From assembly GCA_965223265.1 (NCBI GenBank), contig OZ244999.1:5696001-5760000 (forward strand): a stretch of DNA of 64,000 nt. The letters run 5' to 3'. Position numbers and translations under genes: made by a program. The notes beneath the pieces were generated by a model. The model was not told where the DNA came from. It saw only the letters and a list, made by a program, of their open reading frames with translations, and did no database searches. The stretch's first letter is position 1; each line of letters opens with the position of its first letter. This document shows, one piece after another, positions 50,908 through 60,697 of the stretch. The DNA comes from Planctomycetota bacterium. Lineage in GTDB: Bacteria; Planctomycetota; UBA8108; SXIK01.

Positions 50908-51963
50908 ATGGTCAGGCTAAAGAATTTCTGGTACATCGCCGCACCGTCTGTCGAGCTCAAGCGTCGCCCGATTCGGCGCGTCGTCGAGGGCGAAACCGTG
51001 GCACTGTTTCGTGACACGCTGGGCAAATGTCACGCGCTGCGCGATCGCTGTGTGCATCGAGGTATGGCCCTTTCAGCAGGCCGGGTGGTTGGCAGCTGCA
51101 TCCAGTGCCCATATCACGGCTGGCAGTATGACAGCGACGGGCACATTCGCTCCGTGCCGGCTCTTTGCGACACTGAGGACCTTCCAACGGCGAGAACACG
51201 CTCGTTTCCGGTTCGCGAACAAGACGACCACATCTGGGTCTGGATCGGCGATGAAGAGCCGACCACACAACCCTTTCACTTTCCTCGCTACGGAGAGCAC
51301 GGCTGGTCCACCTTCTTCATGCAGACTCGTTTCAATGCGCCAGTCGAGCTGTGTCTCGAGAATTTCCTCGACGTACCGCACACACTCTTCGTCCACCCAG
51401 GCCTGTTCCGCAAAGACGAACTGAGGAACACCCGTGCCCAAGTGCGGACCTACAAAAACGGCGTCGAAGCGGAGTTCATGAATGAAGCGCCGCTGGAAGG
51501 CATTGGCCCACGGCTACTTTTTCCGCGCGGTACGAAGATGGAGCACACCGATCGCTTCATTCTGCCTTCGATCTCACGCGTAGACTATCGCTTCGGTGAT
51601 GCCTATCAGTTCATCATTTCGTCACAGTGCACACAGCGTGACGACGACGTCGTAGATGTCGTCACGGCGATCACCTGGCGACTCCCTCTGCCTGCAATTG
51701 CCGTTGGCCCATTCCTGCGCTGGTACTGCCGGCGTGTGATTCAGCAGGACGTCGAGACTCTGGAGATTCAAGGCGAGCAGTTGAGACGCTTCGGTCGCTG
51801 CGATCTTCACACCTCCGCCGACCTTCTTGGCCGGCAAATCTGCGAACTCCGACGCCAGGCGATAGAGGGATTGAACCAGCGAGTGGATGTCGACAACTCT
51901 GCGAGTGACGAGCGCCGAGCGCCGACACGCGAGTTCTGCAGAGAGATCGAACTTCGAATATAG
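50908..51963 (+). CDS. Rieske non-heme iron oxygenase alpha subunit (VanA/KshA-like)
   Basis: Rieske CVHRG and CPYHGW; mononuclear Fe motif ENFLDVPHTLFVH; C-terminal QD; AGGAG RBS. Confidence 0.92.
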   Translation: MVRLKNFWYIAAPSVELKRRPIRRVVEGETVALFRDTLGKCHALRDRCVHRGMALSAGRVVGSCIQCPYHGWQYDSDGHIRSVPALCDTEDLPTARTRSFPVREQDDHIWVWIGDEEPTTQPFHFPRYGEHGWSTFFMQTRFNAPVELCLENFLDVPHTLFVHPGLFRKDELRNTRAQVRTYKNGVEAEFMNEAPLEGIGPRLLFPRGTKMEHTDRFILPSISRVDYRFGDAYQFIISSQCTQRDDDVVDVVTAITWRLPLPAIAVGPFLRWYCRRVIQQDVETLEIQGEQLRRFGRCDLHTSADLLGRQICELRRQAIEGLNQRVDVDNSASDERRAPTREFCREIELRI

Positions 51964-51974
51964 CAAAACGAGGC

Positions 51975-52703
51975 ATGACGATGCTCCAAGGATCTGTGCA
52001 GCCGCGGCAATCCGTCTCTGATGACGACGTCGAACGCATGTATCGCCTCTTCTGCAATTACTACACACATGTAAGGCGAGACGTCTTCTATCGCGACTGG
52101 AAGGAGAAACATTGGGCACTCACGCTGCGCGACGAGTCAGGAGACCTTCGCGGCTTCACGACGCTCATGCTCTATGATCTCAAGGTTCTCGGAAAGCGTA
52201 TTCGTGCTGTCTTCAACGGCAACACCATCATCGACCGCGACTGCTGGGGAGAGCAGGAACTGGTGCGAACGTGGTGCACGTTCATGTCGACGCTCAAGAC
52301 GCAGCAGCCCGATCTCCCTCTCTACTGGTTTCTCATCTCCAGCGGCTACCGCACGTATCTTTTTCTGCCGCTCTTTTTCCGTGAGTTCTTTCCGCGCTAC
52401 GACCGAAGTACCCCGCCGCTCGAGCAGCACATCATCGACTCCCTGGGACGACTGAAATTTCCGGGGGAGTACCGTGACGGCATCGTACGTGTTTCCGAGC
52501 AGCGCGAGTGCTTTCGCTCAGACTTAGCGAAGCCATCGCCTGGACGCCTACGGAACGATCACGTCAAGTTCTTCGTGACCCAGAATCCAAACTTCGCACG
52601 AGGCGACGAATTGGTCTGCCTGACGGAGTTCTCCTTCGCCAACACGAAACGAATGGCCCATGAGAAACTCGCTGAGACGTTGATGGACAAAAACGTGAGT
52701 TAA
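51975..52703 (+). CDS. Hypothetical GNAT-like protein, GH3-operon associated
   Basis: F..D..EK..L....G.LRGFTT, VFNGNTIID..WG, YWFLISSGYRTY, RGDELVCL; fold assignment is inference. Confidence 0.7.
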   Translation: MTMLQGSVQPRQSVSDDDVERMYRLFCNYYTHVRRDVFYRDWKEKHWALTLRDESGDLRGFTTLMLYDLKVLGKRIRAVFNGNTIIDRDCWGEQELVRTWCTFMSTLKTQQPDLPLYWFLISSGYRTYLFLPLFFREFFPRYDRSTPPLEQHIIDSLGRLKFPGEYRDGIVRVSEQRECFRSDLAKPSPGRLRNDHVKFFVTQNPNFARGDELVCLTEFSFANTKRMAHEKLAETLMDKNVS

Positions 52704-52889
52704 CAGCCCGTTGAAACAGGGTTTCGTTCTCCGAACCGGCTCCCTCACGCTCAGCTCAGCTCGACCGCATCGGCACCCGCCATGTATGCCTTTTAGAAAA
52801 AGCTCGAAGATCACCCGCGCTTGCCACTGCTGCGGCGGATGCGAATGATCCGGTTATTCGACTAAAGCACTCTTTCGACAGGCCGTTAA
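52700..52889. mobile_element. Putative 190-bp MITE with imperfect terminal inverted repeats
   Basis: Left end TTAACAGCCCGTTGAAA; right end TTTCGACAGGCCGTTAA (reverse complement TTAACGGCCTGTCGAAA; 14/17 match); TTAA at both ends; no convincing ORF inside. Confidence 0.55.
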
Positions 52890-52908
52890 AAGCGTCTTCA
52901 AGCTACCA

Positions 52909-54411
52909 ATGATCACTCGCTGTCTCGGCAACGCTCTTTGGCTCCGGTCAAACCTCCGTCATGCAGCAGCATATCGCCGCGCCCTGAGCAATCCGCGTCG
53001 AGCTCAAGAAGAGATTCTCTTCGCTTTTCTCGAGCGCAACGCGACCTCAGCGTACGGGCGCCAATTTCGTTACGCCCAAATACGATCGGTGCACGATTTT
53101 CAGCAAGCCGTGCCAGTGGTCACCTACGACGACCTCGTGCCGTGGATCGATCGCATGCTGCACGGAGAGGAGAGAGTGCTGACGACGGAGGCTGTGCTCC
53201 GGTTCGAGAAGTCGAGTGGCTCAAATGGACCGGCGAAGTTCATTCCATACACCGAAACGCTGCTGCAGCAGTTCCGGGCTGCGATCGGCGCCTGGATCGA
53301 GGACATGTACCGTGCACGTCCGGGGCTCGCTTTCGGATCCCAGTATTGGTCCGTCTCGCCGATCGTGACCGAACGCGAGCACACACCTGGTGGCCATCCC
53401 ATCGGCATGGAGGACGACACTGAGTACTTCGCGCCGGCCGTTCGTCGTTGGCTCCGCTGGATCATGGCGGCCCCTGGAGCCCTCGCGGCCACGCAAGATG
53501 TCGGCGAACACCGGAGGCTCACGCTCGCTCACCTCATGCGCGCTCGCGACCTCCGGTTCATTTCGGTATGGAATCCAAGCTTCTTGACGCTACTCCTTGA
53601 GCAACTGCCGGCACCCGAGCTGGCGACGAAACTCTGGCCGCGGCTGCAGCTCATCAGCTGTTGGACGAGCGGCGCTGCAGCACGCGCAGTCGGCGACCTT
53701 GAGCGTCTCTTTCCGGACGTCGAGATTCAGGGCAAGGGACTCATGGCAACCGAGGGCGCCGTTTCGATTCCGCGCTTTCCGGACGCCTCATCGCCCTCTA
53801 CTCAAGTGACAATTCCCAGCCCTGCGCTGACGTCTCACTTCTTGGAGTTCATCGCCTCAGACGGCAGCGTTCACCTCGTGGGCGACCTCGACCCCGGAGA
53901 GACCTACCGCGTCGTCTTGACAGCGGGCAACGGATTCGCCCGCTACGACCTCGGCGACCGAGTTCGAGCCGCTCCACCACTGCCTGGCGAACGTGTCGCT
54001 CGCATCGAGTTCGTTGGCAGGGACAGCAACTTCACGGATCTGTGCGGAGAGAAGCTCAACGAGGTCTTCGTCGGAGACATCATCGAGGGCGTCGTTCAGC
54101 GGTTTGACGTCAACGGTATCGCCATGTTGGCCCCGGAGTGGGGCCAACCGCCTCACTATCTCCTCTTTGTCGACTCGCCCCAGGCTCCCACCATTGCAGC
54201 GGCAGTCGAAGATCGCCTCCGCACTTCGTTTCACTACGACTACTGCCGACGTTTGGGACAGCTCGGCCCCACCGAAGGGATTTACTGTCAGCGCGGCAAC
54301 GAAGCTTACCTCGGCGTGCGCGCTGCTCAAGGCATGCGCCTTGGCAACGTCAAGCCAACGTATCTTCGCCGCGAACTAGATTGGAGGAAACGGCTCGCAG
54401 CTCATGCGTGA
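52909..54411 (+). CDS. GH3 family acyl-adenylate/amide synthetase
   Basis: FQQAVPVVTYDD, FEKSSGSNGPAKFIP, ISVWNPSFL, QGKGLMATEG, HFLEF, ARYDLGDRV, F.GR...DLCGEKL. Confidence 0.9.
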   Translation: MITRCLGNALWLRSNLRHAAAYRRALSNPRRAQEEILFAFLERNATSAYGRQFRYAQIRSVHDFQQAVPVVTYDDLVPWIDRMLHGEERVLTTEAVLRFEKSSGSNGPAKFIPYTETLLQQFRAAIGAWIEDMYRARPGLAFGSQYWSVSPIVTEREHTPGGHPIGMEDDTEYFAPAVRRWLRWIMAAPGALAATQDVGEHRRLTLAHLMRARDLRFISVWNPSFLTLLLEQLPAPELATKLWPRLQLISCWTSGAAARAVGDLERLFPDVEIQGKGLMATEGAVSIPRFPDASSPSTQVTIPSPALTSHFLEFIASDGSVHLVGDLDPGETYRVVLTAGNGFARYDLGDRVRAAPPLPGERVARIEFVGRDSNFTDLCGEKLNEVFVGDIIEGVVQRFDVNGIAMLAPEWGQPPHYLLFVDSPQAPTIAAAVEDRLRTSFHYDYCRRLGQLGPTEGIYCQRGNEAYLGVRAAQGMRLGNVKPTYLRRELDWRKRLAAHA

Positions 54412-55615
54412 AGTCATAGAACGCACAAGGAAAGTTCGACGCGCACAGTTCTTCGATGAACGAAAGAGCCTCTTCCGGTCGCTCGATAGCCGGCCTGCAT
54501 TCTCGGATACGTCCGCGGCTACGTCCGCGGGTGCGATGCGCTTCGAACTGGCGACGCCAAGCGACGACGAAGCGCTTCGCGCGCTCCTTCGCGAAACTCC
54601 AATACCCGGTATGGCAGAAGTCGCGTTTTTGCGTGAGCCGAGCTACTTTCGCGCCGCAGCCGTGGCTGGCACCCACGTTCAAACGCTCGTCGCGCGCGCG
54701 GGCGGCCAAATCGCCGCGGTCAGTACGAGGGCCATTCGTCCAACTTTCATCAACGGCAGGCGCACCGACGCAGGTTACTTAGGAGACCTTCGCGTCCGGC
54801 CAGAGTTTCGCGGCACGACGCTGCTCGCGCGTGGCTACCGGTTCCTCCGCCGGCTTCATGACGACGGCCGCGCCCGACTCTACTCCACGATGATCATGGA
54901 AGGCAATCGCAACGCCCTGTCCACGATTGCGGCGAACCGCGCCGATCTGCCGTGCTACTCGGATCAAGGCCGCGTCTTCACCCCCATGCTGCACGTCCGG
55001 CGGTCTCGCAGAGTAAACCTGGCGAGATCCGAAACGCTCGAACGTGGTCGACCTGAGACTCTCGACGAGATCGTCGCGGCGCTGAACCGTGACCGTCTAC
55101 AGTTCGCTCCGGCGTATTCGCGCCATGACTTTCTCGGCGGCCGCTACGCCAACTTTTCTGTAGAGGACTTCTTTGTGCTGCGGCGCACCGGCCGCATCGT
55201 TGCCGTCGCGGGTCTATGGGACCAACGACCCGCACGCCAGACCGTAGTGACGCGATACTGCGGTGCGCTAAAGGCGCTCCGGCCACTGGTGAACTTACTG
55301 CGTCGTCCCAAGTTGCCGCAGCCACACACACCGTGGAACTATGCCTACGTCGCCTTTGCCTACAGCCGCGACACGGAAAGCTTTCGCAAAATTCTACGAT
55401 CCATCCATAACCACGTCGGCGGCGTTGGGCTCGAAGACGGGCGCTGCAGTGACATCGATTTCCTGATCATCGGTCTCCACGAAGATGATCCTCGCGCCGC
55501 CGTTCTCAGCGAATTTCGTACGACTCCATTCAGCGGTCGACTTTTCGCCGTGACTTTCGACGCCCCATTACCGTTCGATGGCCGCACCCCCTTCGTTGAG
55601 GCGGCTTTGCTATGA
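54404..55615 (+). CDS. GNAT-family acyltransferase-like protein
   Basis: REPSYF, GYLGDLRVRPEFRG, N..A..T, GLWDQR..RQ, GLHEDDP; start may be ATG 54536. Confidence 0.75.
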   Translation: MREVIERTRKVRRAQFFDERKSLFRSLDSRPAFSDTSAATSAGAMRFELATPSDDEALRALLRETPIPGMAEVAFLREPSYFRAAAVAGTHVQTLVARAGGQIAAVSTRAIRPTFINGRRTDAGYLGDLRVRPEFRGTTLLARGYRFLRRLHDDGRARLYSTMIMEGNRNALSTIAANRADLPCYSDQGRVFTPMLHVRRSRRVNLARSETLERGRPETLDEIVAALNRDRLQFAPAYSRHDFLGGRYANFSVEDFFVLRRTGRIVAVAGLWDQRPARQTVVTRYCGALKALRPLVNLLRRPKLPQPHTPWNYAYVAFAYSRDTESFRKILRSIHNHVGGVGLEDGRCSDIDFLIIGLHEDDPRAAVLSEFRTTPFSGRLFAVTFDAPLPFDGRTPFVEAALL

Positions 55616-56586
55616 AGGTACTTGACGATCGCTCCGATGTTCGAAGTCTTGTTTTCATCGCCGCGCTTCTTCTCTTGATCGGACTGCAGTGGTGTGGAGC
55701 GGCTCGAGACTCAGTTCTCTACGCCGCCACCCTTTGGCTCAGTTTTGTCGCCTGCATCGTCAATCACAATCACCAACACTGCGCGACGTTCTGTTCGGCG
55801 GTCGGAAATCGCCTCTTCGGCATTCTGTTGACTTTCTCAATCGGTCAGCCCGCGACGGCGATCGTTCCGATGCACAACCACAACCACCATCCGCACAACA
55901 ACTCGGCGCACGACTACGTGCGCGTCTCACAGGTCACCTATCGCTGGAATCTCCTCAATTTGCTTCTGTTTCCGTTCGTTGCGGTCAAGAACTATGCGGC
56001 CGTCAAATCTCAACAGATGCGGCAGTGGCGTCGACTCGACCCGCGCCTTTTCGCGCAACTGCGCTGGGAACGAACACTCTTCTACCCGACGCTGCTTCTT
56101 TTGGTGTTCGCTCGCCCGGTCGAAACCGTTCAGTTCTGCATCCTGCCTTATCTCTTCGGGCAGTGGAGCATCATCGCGATCAATCTCGTGCAACATGACG
56201 GCTGCGACGCCCAGTCCAGACATAACCACTCACGCAACTTCACCGGTCGGTGGCTCAACTGGTGGACACTCAACAACGGCTATCACACAGCACACCATAT
56301 GCGCCCACAGATGCACTGGAGCCGTCTGCCGACGCTTCACGCGGAGATCCAGGCGTCCATCCACCCTAAGCTGCGCCGAGGGTCGCTGCTGTGGACCCTC
56401 TTTCAATTCTATCTTTGGCCGGGTCGCCGCGCCCAGGTGGCGGAACTACGGCGCCCCGCTGTGCGACCCAGCTTGTCGGCAAGCGAAGCGGCGCCGGAGT
56501 GTGAGTCGATTCGGTTGGGCCAGAAGCAACAGCATCGGCGGCCAAGTTTGGAAACCGTGGGAAGTCAGGAGAGTCAAAACGCATGA
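55612..56586 (+). CDS. Membrane-bound fatty acid desaturase-family protein
   Basis: His boxes HNHQH, HNHNHHPH, NNGYHTAHH; NLVQHDG; WSRLP; ATGA coupling. Confidence 0.88.
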   Translation: MKVLDDRSDVRSLVFIAALLLLIGLQWCGAARDSVLYAATLWLSFVACIVNHNHQHCATFCSAVGNRLFGILLTFSIGQPATAIVPMHNHNHHPHNNSAHDYVRVSQVTYRWNLLNLLLFPFVAVKNYAAVKSQQMRQWRRLDPRLFAQLRWERTLFYPTLLLLVFARPVETVQFCILPYLFGQWSIIAINLVQHDGCDAQSRHNHSRNFTGRWLNWWTLNNGYHTAHHMRPQMHWSRLPTLHAEIQASIHPKLRRGSLLWTLFQFYLWPGRRAQVAELRRPAVRPSLSASEAAPECESIRLGQKQQHRRPSLETVGSQESQNA

Positions 56587-59500
56587 AACCGTTCTCCAAT
56601 CGAGCGCCGGCGAATTCAGCAACTACCGCGAAAGCTTCGGAGGTGTCGGAGCCACAACCCCCACAGCGCTGGCTGCGATGGTGGTTAGCAGCGGCCCTCT
56701 CGATCCTCGCTGCCATAGCGCTCCTGTTTTATCGCCACCAGAACATGTCAGCTGGTGTCGGCGGCCCCATCTCGCTTCCCAAGATACTCTGGCTTGCGTT
56801 CGCCGTTGGCACTTGGTTCGTCGTCCCCCCCTTTCTATGGCGCGACCGTCGCTTGAATCGTCCGACGCGTCAACTGTTCGGGTATTTTTGGATCGCCATG
56901 ATGGTGCGGGGCGTTCTCGAGATCATTCTCATTTACTTTTTCCACCACTGGACGCCCTGGTATGGCATCGCTCACGACCTCTTTTGCGTGCTACTGATCC
57001 TCGCACTACGTCGCCGTGTGCCGTCATCGGGTCCGGAGGCGACGAACGAAAGCCATCGAGCCCGCCGCTTCTCCTCGTCAATCGTTGTCGCACTCCTGGC
57101 CGAGACGGCGTTTGCGGCGATGTTTCTCCAGGCACAGGTGCACCATGAAGCGATCTACTTCGTCTCGTCCGCTTCGTCCTGGGGTTACGTCAACCTCACG
57201 ACCATCGCTGTACTCATGTTTCTGTACCCGGACCTGATCGCTATGCTGATCACGCTCTACTTTCCGGGTGTCTCCCGCGAGACTCCACGGGCGCTGAGGC
57301 TGGCAGGTGCCGTAGGTCGTTTCGCTACCGTGGTCCTGGTCGCTGCTGCCCTCTCCTTTTGGACGTGGATGCAGAGTGTCGAGCGAACCGCGCGGCAGTT
57401 TCAAGACGTCGGCTATCAAGTCGTCGACTCGTGTACACAATTCAAAGAAGACTTCGTGCTGGCCCGTCGAGATCGGATGGCAGACTTCATTGACTCGGGT
57501 GTAGCTACGTGGCGCCGTGTCTCGCGTCAGCACAACCATCCTTTCGAGATCCTCGAGTGGCAACCTGGGGGCGAAGAGGACCGACGCCCGCTCCTCGACG
57601 CGCTGCTCGAAATGCGCCACCGCTTCACCAGCCTGACGGCGGCGGCGTTCAAGATCCATCTCGTCGAGCGCTCCGATGACGAAGACGCCATCGTGCAGCT
57701 TCGTTTCGAGGTCAGTGGTGTCGAACGCAACCTTGCTGGGATCCCCGCGCTCCACGGCACTGACCGTGGACTACTTCGCTGCTCATTTCATCTCGGCGAC
57801 GATGGCCGTTGGCGGATCACGCAATCGTCGCTGCTCGAAGGGGTCTCTGTTCGCGGCAAGGCTCGTTCGTTTCGAGACGTCGCCGAAGAGCGTGGGGTCG
57901 CCTTCTTCATGGAACCAGACCGCCGCTTCCTTCCGGGGGAGAAATGCGACGCTCATCGCTGCGGCGACTATGGCAGACTCCACTTTCAAACCATGCGCCA
58001 CGCCTATGCAGGCTGCTCGACAGCCGACTACGACGGCGACGGGCATGACGACGTGCTTCTCTGTGCCGGAGGACGCTCCCGACTCTATCGAAACAAGGGA
58101 GACGGCACATTCCATGAGACCACGGCGCGAGCTGGCCTACCGGAGCTGTGGCACGTCAACACTGCCGGATTCGCTGATTTGGACAACGACGGCGACCAAG
58201 ACCTCTTCTTAGGTGCTTTCTACGGACAGAATCGTCTGTTCGAGAACATGGGTGGCGGAAGATTCAGGGAAGCAACAGAGCGCTCGAGTCTTGGTCGAGA
58301 CGACGCGGTCACGTGCTTTGCATTCTTCGACTACGACCGCGACGGCGATCTCGACCTTTACCTCGGCCGCTTCCTCGAAGCACGTCGCGAAATACCAGAT
58401 TCCTTTCTCTATGCCCGCAACGGCGAGCCCAATGTTCTCTACGAGAACGAAGGAGGGCTTCGGTTCCGCGACGTCACAAAGAAGGCCGGCGTGGGCGACC
58501 GAGGTTTAACCCTCAGTCTCGCAGCTGCTGACTATGACGAAGACGGCGACCAAGATCTCTATGTCGCAAACGACTTCGGCCGCAATCTCCTCTACGAGAA
58601 CCGCGGCGATGGTTCGTTCCAAGATGTGGCCAAACAACGCGGGGCGTTAGCCATTGGCGGCAGCATGAGCGCCAGTTGGGGCGACTATGACAACGATGGC
58701 AGACTCGATCTTTACGTCGCCGCGATTCGCTCCAACCAGCGCTGGTTTGTCCAGCCGATCACAGCACGGCGCGTCATCTTCAAATTCTTCCGCGAGGGGA
58801 AACTGGGAACGGACAACCCCGTACTCTCCGACCTCAGGAGCTACATGGGAAGAGACTGGGTCAACATCGGCAACCACGCTCTCGCGGGCAACTCGCTGCT
58901 TAGGCAAACGCCTGAGCACAACTTCACCGAGCAGGCTGAGCTGGCGCACGCTCGGCCCGCGGGTTGGTATTGGAGTTCCGGCTTCATAGACCTCGACCAT
59001 GACGGCGATCTTGACATCCTGGCGACGAACGGGTGGATCACGGGCAAGAAATCTCACGACTTGTGAGCTGAATTCAACACCGGTGCGGTCGCACCGGATC
59101 GCCCCTACAAGAGTGGCTACCTCTTCAGCGACGCCTTTCTGCGTGACTTCTCCTGGAACGGCAACGAGCGCAATCGTTTCCTTGTGAACATGGGCGAAGG
59201 CGTGTTCGTCGAGGCTGCGACTCCGTATGGACTCGATAGCATTCGCGACGCTCGAGGTCTCGCAGCGTCCGACTTCGATGGCGACGGAGATGTCGACTTG
59301 ATCGTCAATAACTACAACCGCCCAGCGCACTACTTCGCCAACGATGCGGCACGAGGCAACTGGCTACGCGTGCGCCTGCGGGGACGGACAAGCAATCGAG
59401 ACGGCATCGGAGCCACCGTGCGGGTTGAAACAGGAACGCACCGGCAAATGCGCGTCGTAACAGCGGGGAGCGGCTACGCATCGCAGTCTTCGCGGACGGT

Positions 59501-59669
59501 ACATTTCGGCCTTGGGACATACGACACCGTGGATCTCCTCGAAATCAAATGGCCGGGAGGCGATCGCGGCAGCGCAGTACGACAGAGTTTCAGGGACGTC
59601 AGTGTGAATCGGTTGCTGGTCATAGATGAACACGAGCATGAGCTATTCGCGATGGAGCCGTCACGGTGA
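56583..59669 (+). CDS. Membrane-anchored FG-GAP/CRTAC1 (ASPIC-UnbV) protein with in-frame TGA (probable selenocysteine at codon 828; 1028 aa)
   Basis: About 6-7 N-terminal TM segments; repeats DYDGDGHDD, DLDNDGDQDL, DYDRDGDLDL, DYDEDGDQDL, DYDNDGRLDL, DLDHDGDLDI. After TGA 59064-66 the frame stays open (AEFNTG..SWNGNERNRF..DFDGDGDVDL..SNRDGIGA..GSGYASQS..HFGLG..IKWP). The track ORFs 56583-59066 and 59184-59669 are in the same frame. Confidence 0.8.
59080..59097 (+). promoter_or_regulatory. Bacterial SECIS-like hairpin
   Basis: CCGGTGC-GGTC-GCACCGG: perfect 7-bp stem with a GGUC loop starting 21 nt after the UGA; resembles the E. coli fdhF SECIS upper stem (GGUUGC-AGGUCU-GCACC). Confidence 0.72.
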
Positions 59670-60697
59670 GGAGGGACGCAGTGATCAGTAGTCCAAGCGC
59701 ACTGCTCGAGAAGAACCCGGCCCGATTGCCGCTTCGAGAACTTCTCGATCAGGCTCGAGAGCACGCCAACTCGCCGAGGTCGTTGAACGTTGTTGCACCG
59801 ATCGCCACGGATCGATTCTTCATCTGCCCGACTGCGACACCGCTTTACTATACCTCACTCTACCGAAAGCTCTCCGAAGAGCAGGCGCGACGCTACAACC
59901 AGCTCACGGCGCTCTCTTTCAACGAGCTCATCATGGCCCTCGAAAGAAGCATCGCCCCAGTGCTTTTCGCCGCCCTACGCGGCGCAGCCTGGTTTCACCG
60001 TACCGATCCACCGTCCGAGCTTGTCGACTACTTCGAGTTCTTCGAAGCCGAAGAGCGTCGACACCTGCGTATGTGGCAGGCCCTGAACCAACTCGCCGAA
60101 CCCAAGTGGTATGAGGGCGAGAACGTCCATTTCTTCCAGACACGGACGCGCCCATCGTCAATGCTCCGAACACTCTGTTCGCGCCCCCACCTCGTTTCAA
60201 CAGTGCTTTGGATCATGCTCCTGCAGGAGGAGATGACGATGGAGTTAGCGCGCCGCTGTGCCAGAAGCTGTCTCGAACCACTCGAGCCTCGCTTCGGAGA
60301 GGCGTACCGCCTACACGTCGAAGATGAAGTTCGACATGTTCAGATTGACTGGTACGTGATTGAACACTTGCGTGCCGCGCAGAGCCCTCGGGTGCGCCGA
60401 TTGAACGCGAGGATAGTCCGATTCCTCGTGAAGACGTTCTTTCTGGCGCCACGTCGACTCGCTGTCAAGGTCGCCAAAGAGCTCGTCCGCGAGTTTCCGA
60501 GTCTACGGCCAAGCCTTTCACGGATGCAGAGGGAACTGAAGGGGCTCGGATCGGATCTTGAATACCAGCACATGATGTACTCGCGTCGAAGCCACCCTAT
60601 TTCGTTTCATTTGTTCGACTGCTACCCGGAATTTGAGGCCATGAGACACGTGCTCTTCTCCTACCAACCAGGTGAGTCTTCCCGTGCGCAGTCATAG
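59666..60697 (+). CDS. AurF/CmlI-like ferritin-fold diiron oxygenase
   Basis: TPLYYT..Y..L, FNELIMALE, EAEERRH, LLQEE, HVEDEVRHVQID; GTGA coupling. Confidence 0.82.
   Translation: MRRDAVISSPSALLEKNPARLPLRELLDQAREHANSPRSLNVVAPIATDRFFICPTATPLYYTSLYRKLSEEQARRYNQLTALSFNELIMALERSIAPVLFAALRGAAWFHRTDPPSELVDYFEFFEAEERRHLRMWQALNQLAEPKWYEGENVHFFQTRTRPSSMLRTLCSRPHLVSTVLWIMLLQEEMTMELARRCARSCLEPLEPRFGEAYRLHVEDEVRHVQIDWYVIEHLRAAQSPRVRRLNARIVRFLVKTFFLAPRRLAVKVAKELVREFPSLRPSLSRMQRELKGLGSDLEYQHMMYSRRSHPISFHLFDCYPEFEAMRHVLFSYQPGESSRAQS

Noticed and set aside
59184-59669. Independent ASPIC/UnbV gene, or a simple nonsense pseudogene
   Set aside because: Family-like sequence continues in frame between the TGA and this start, there is no clear RBS, a SECIS-like hairpin is present, and there are no other lesions. 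Read-through is favoured but not proven.
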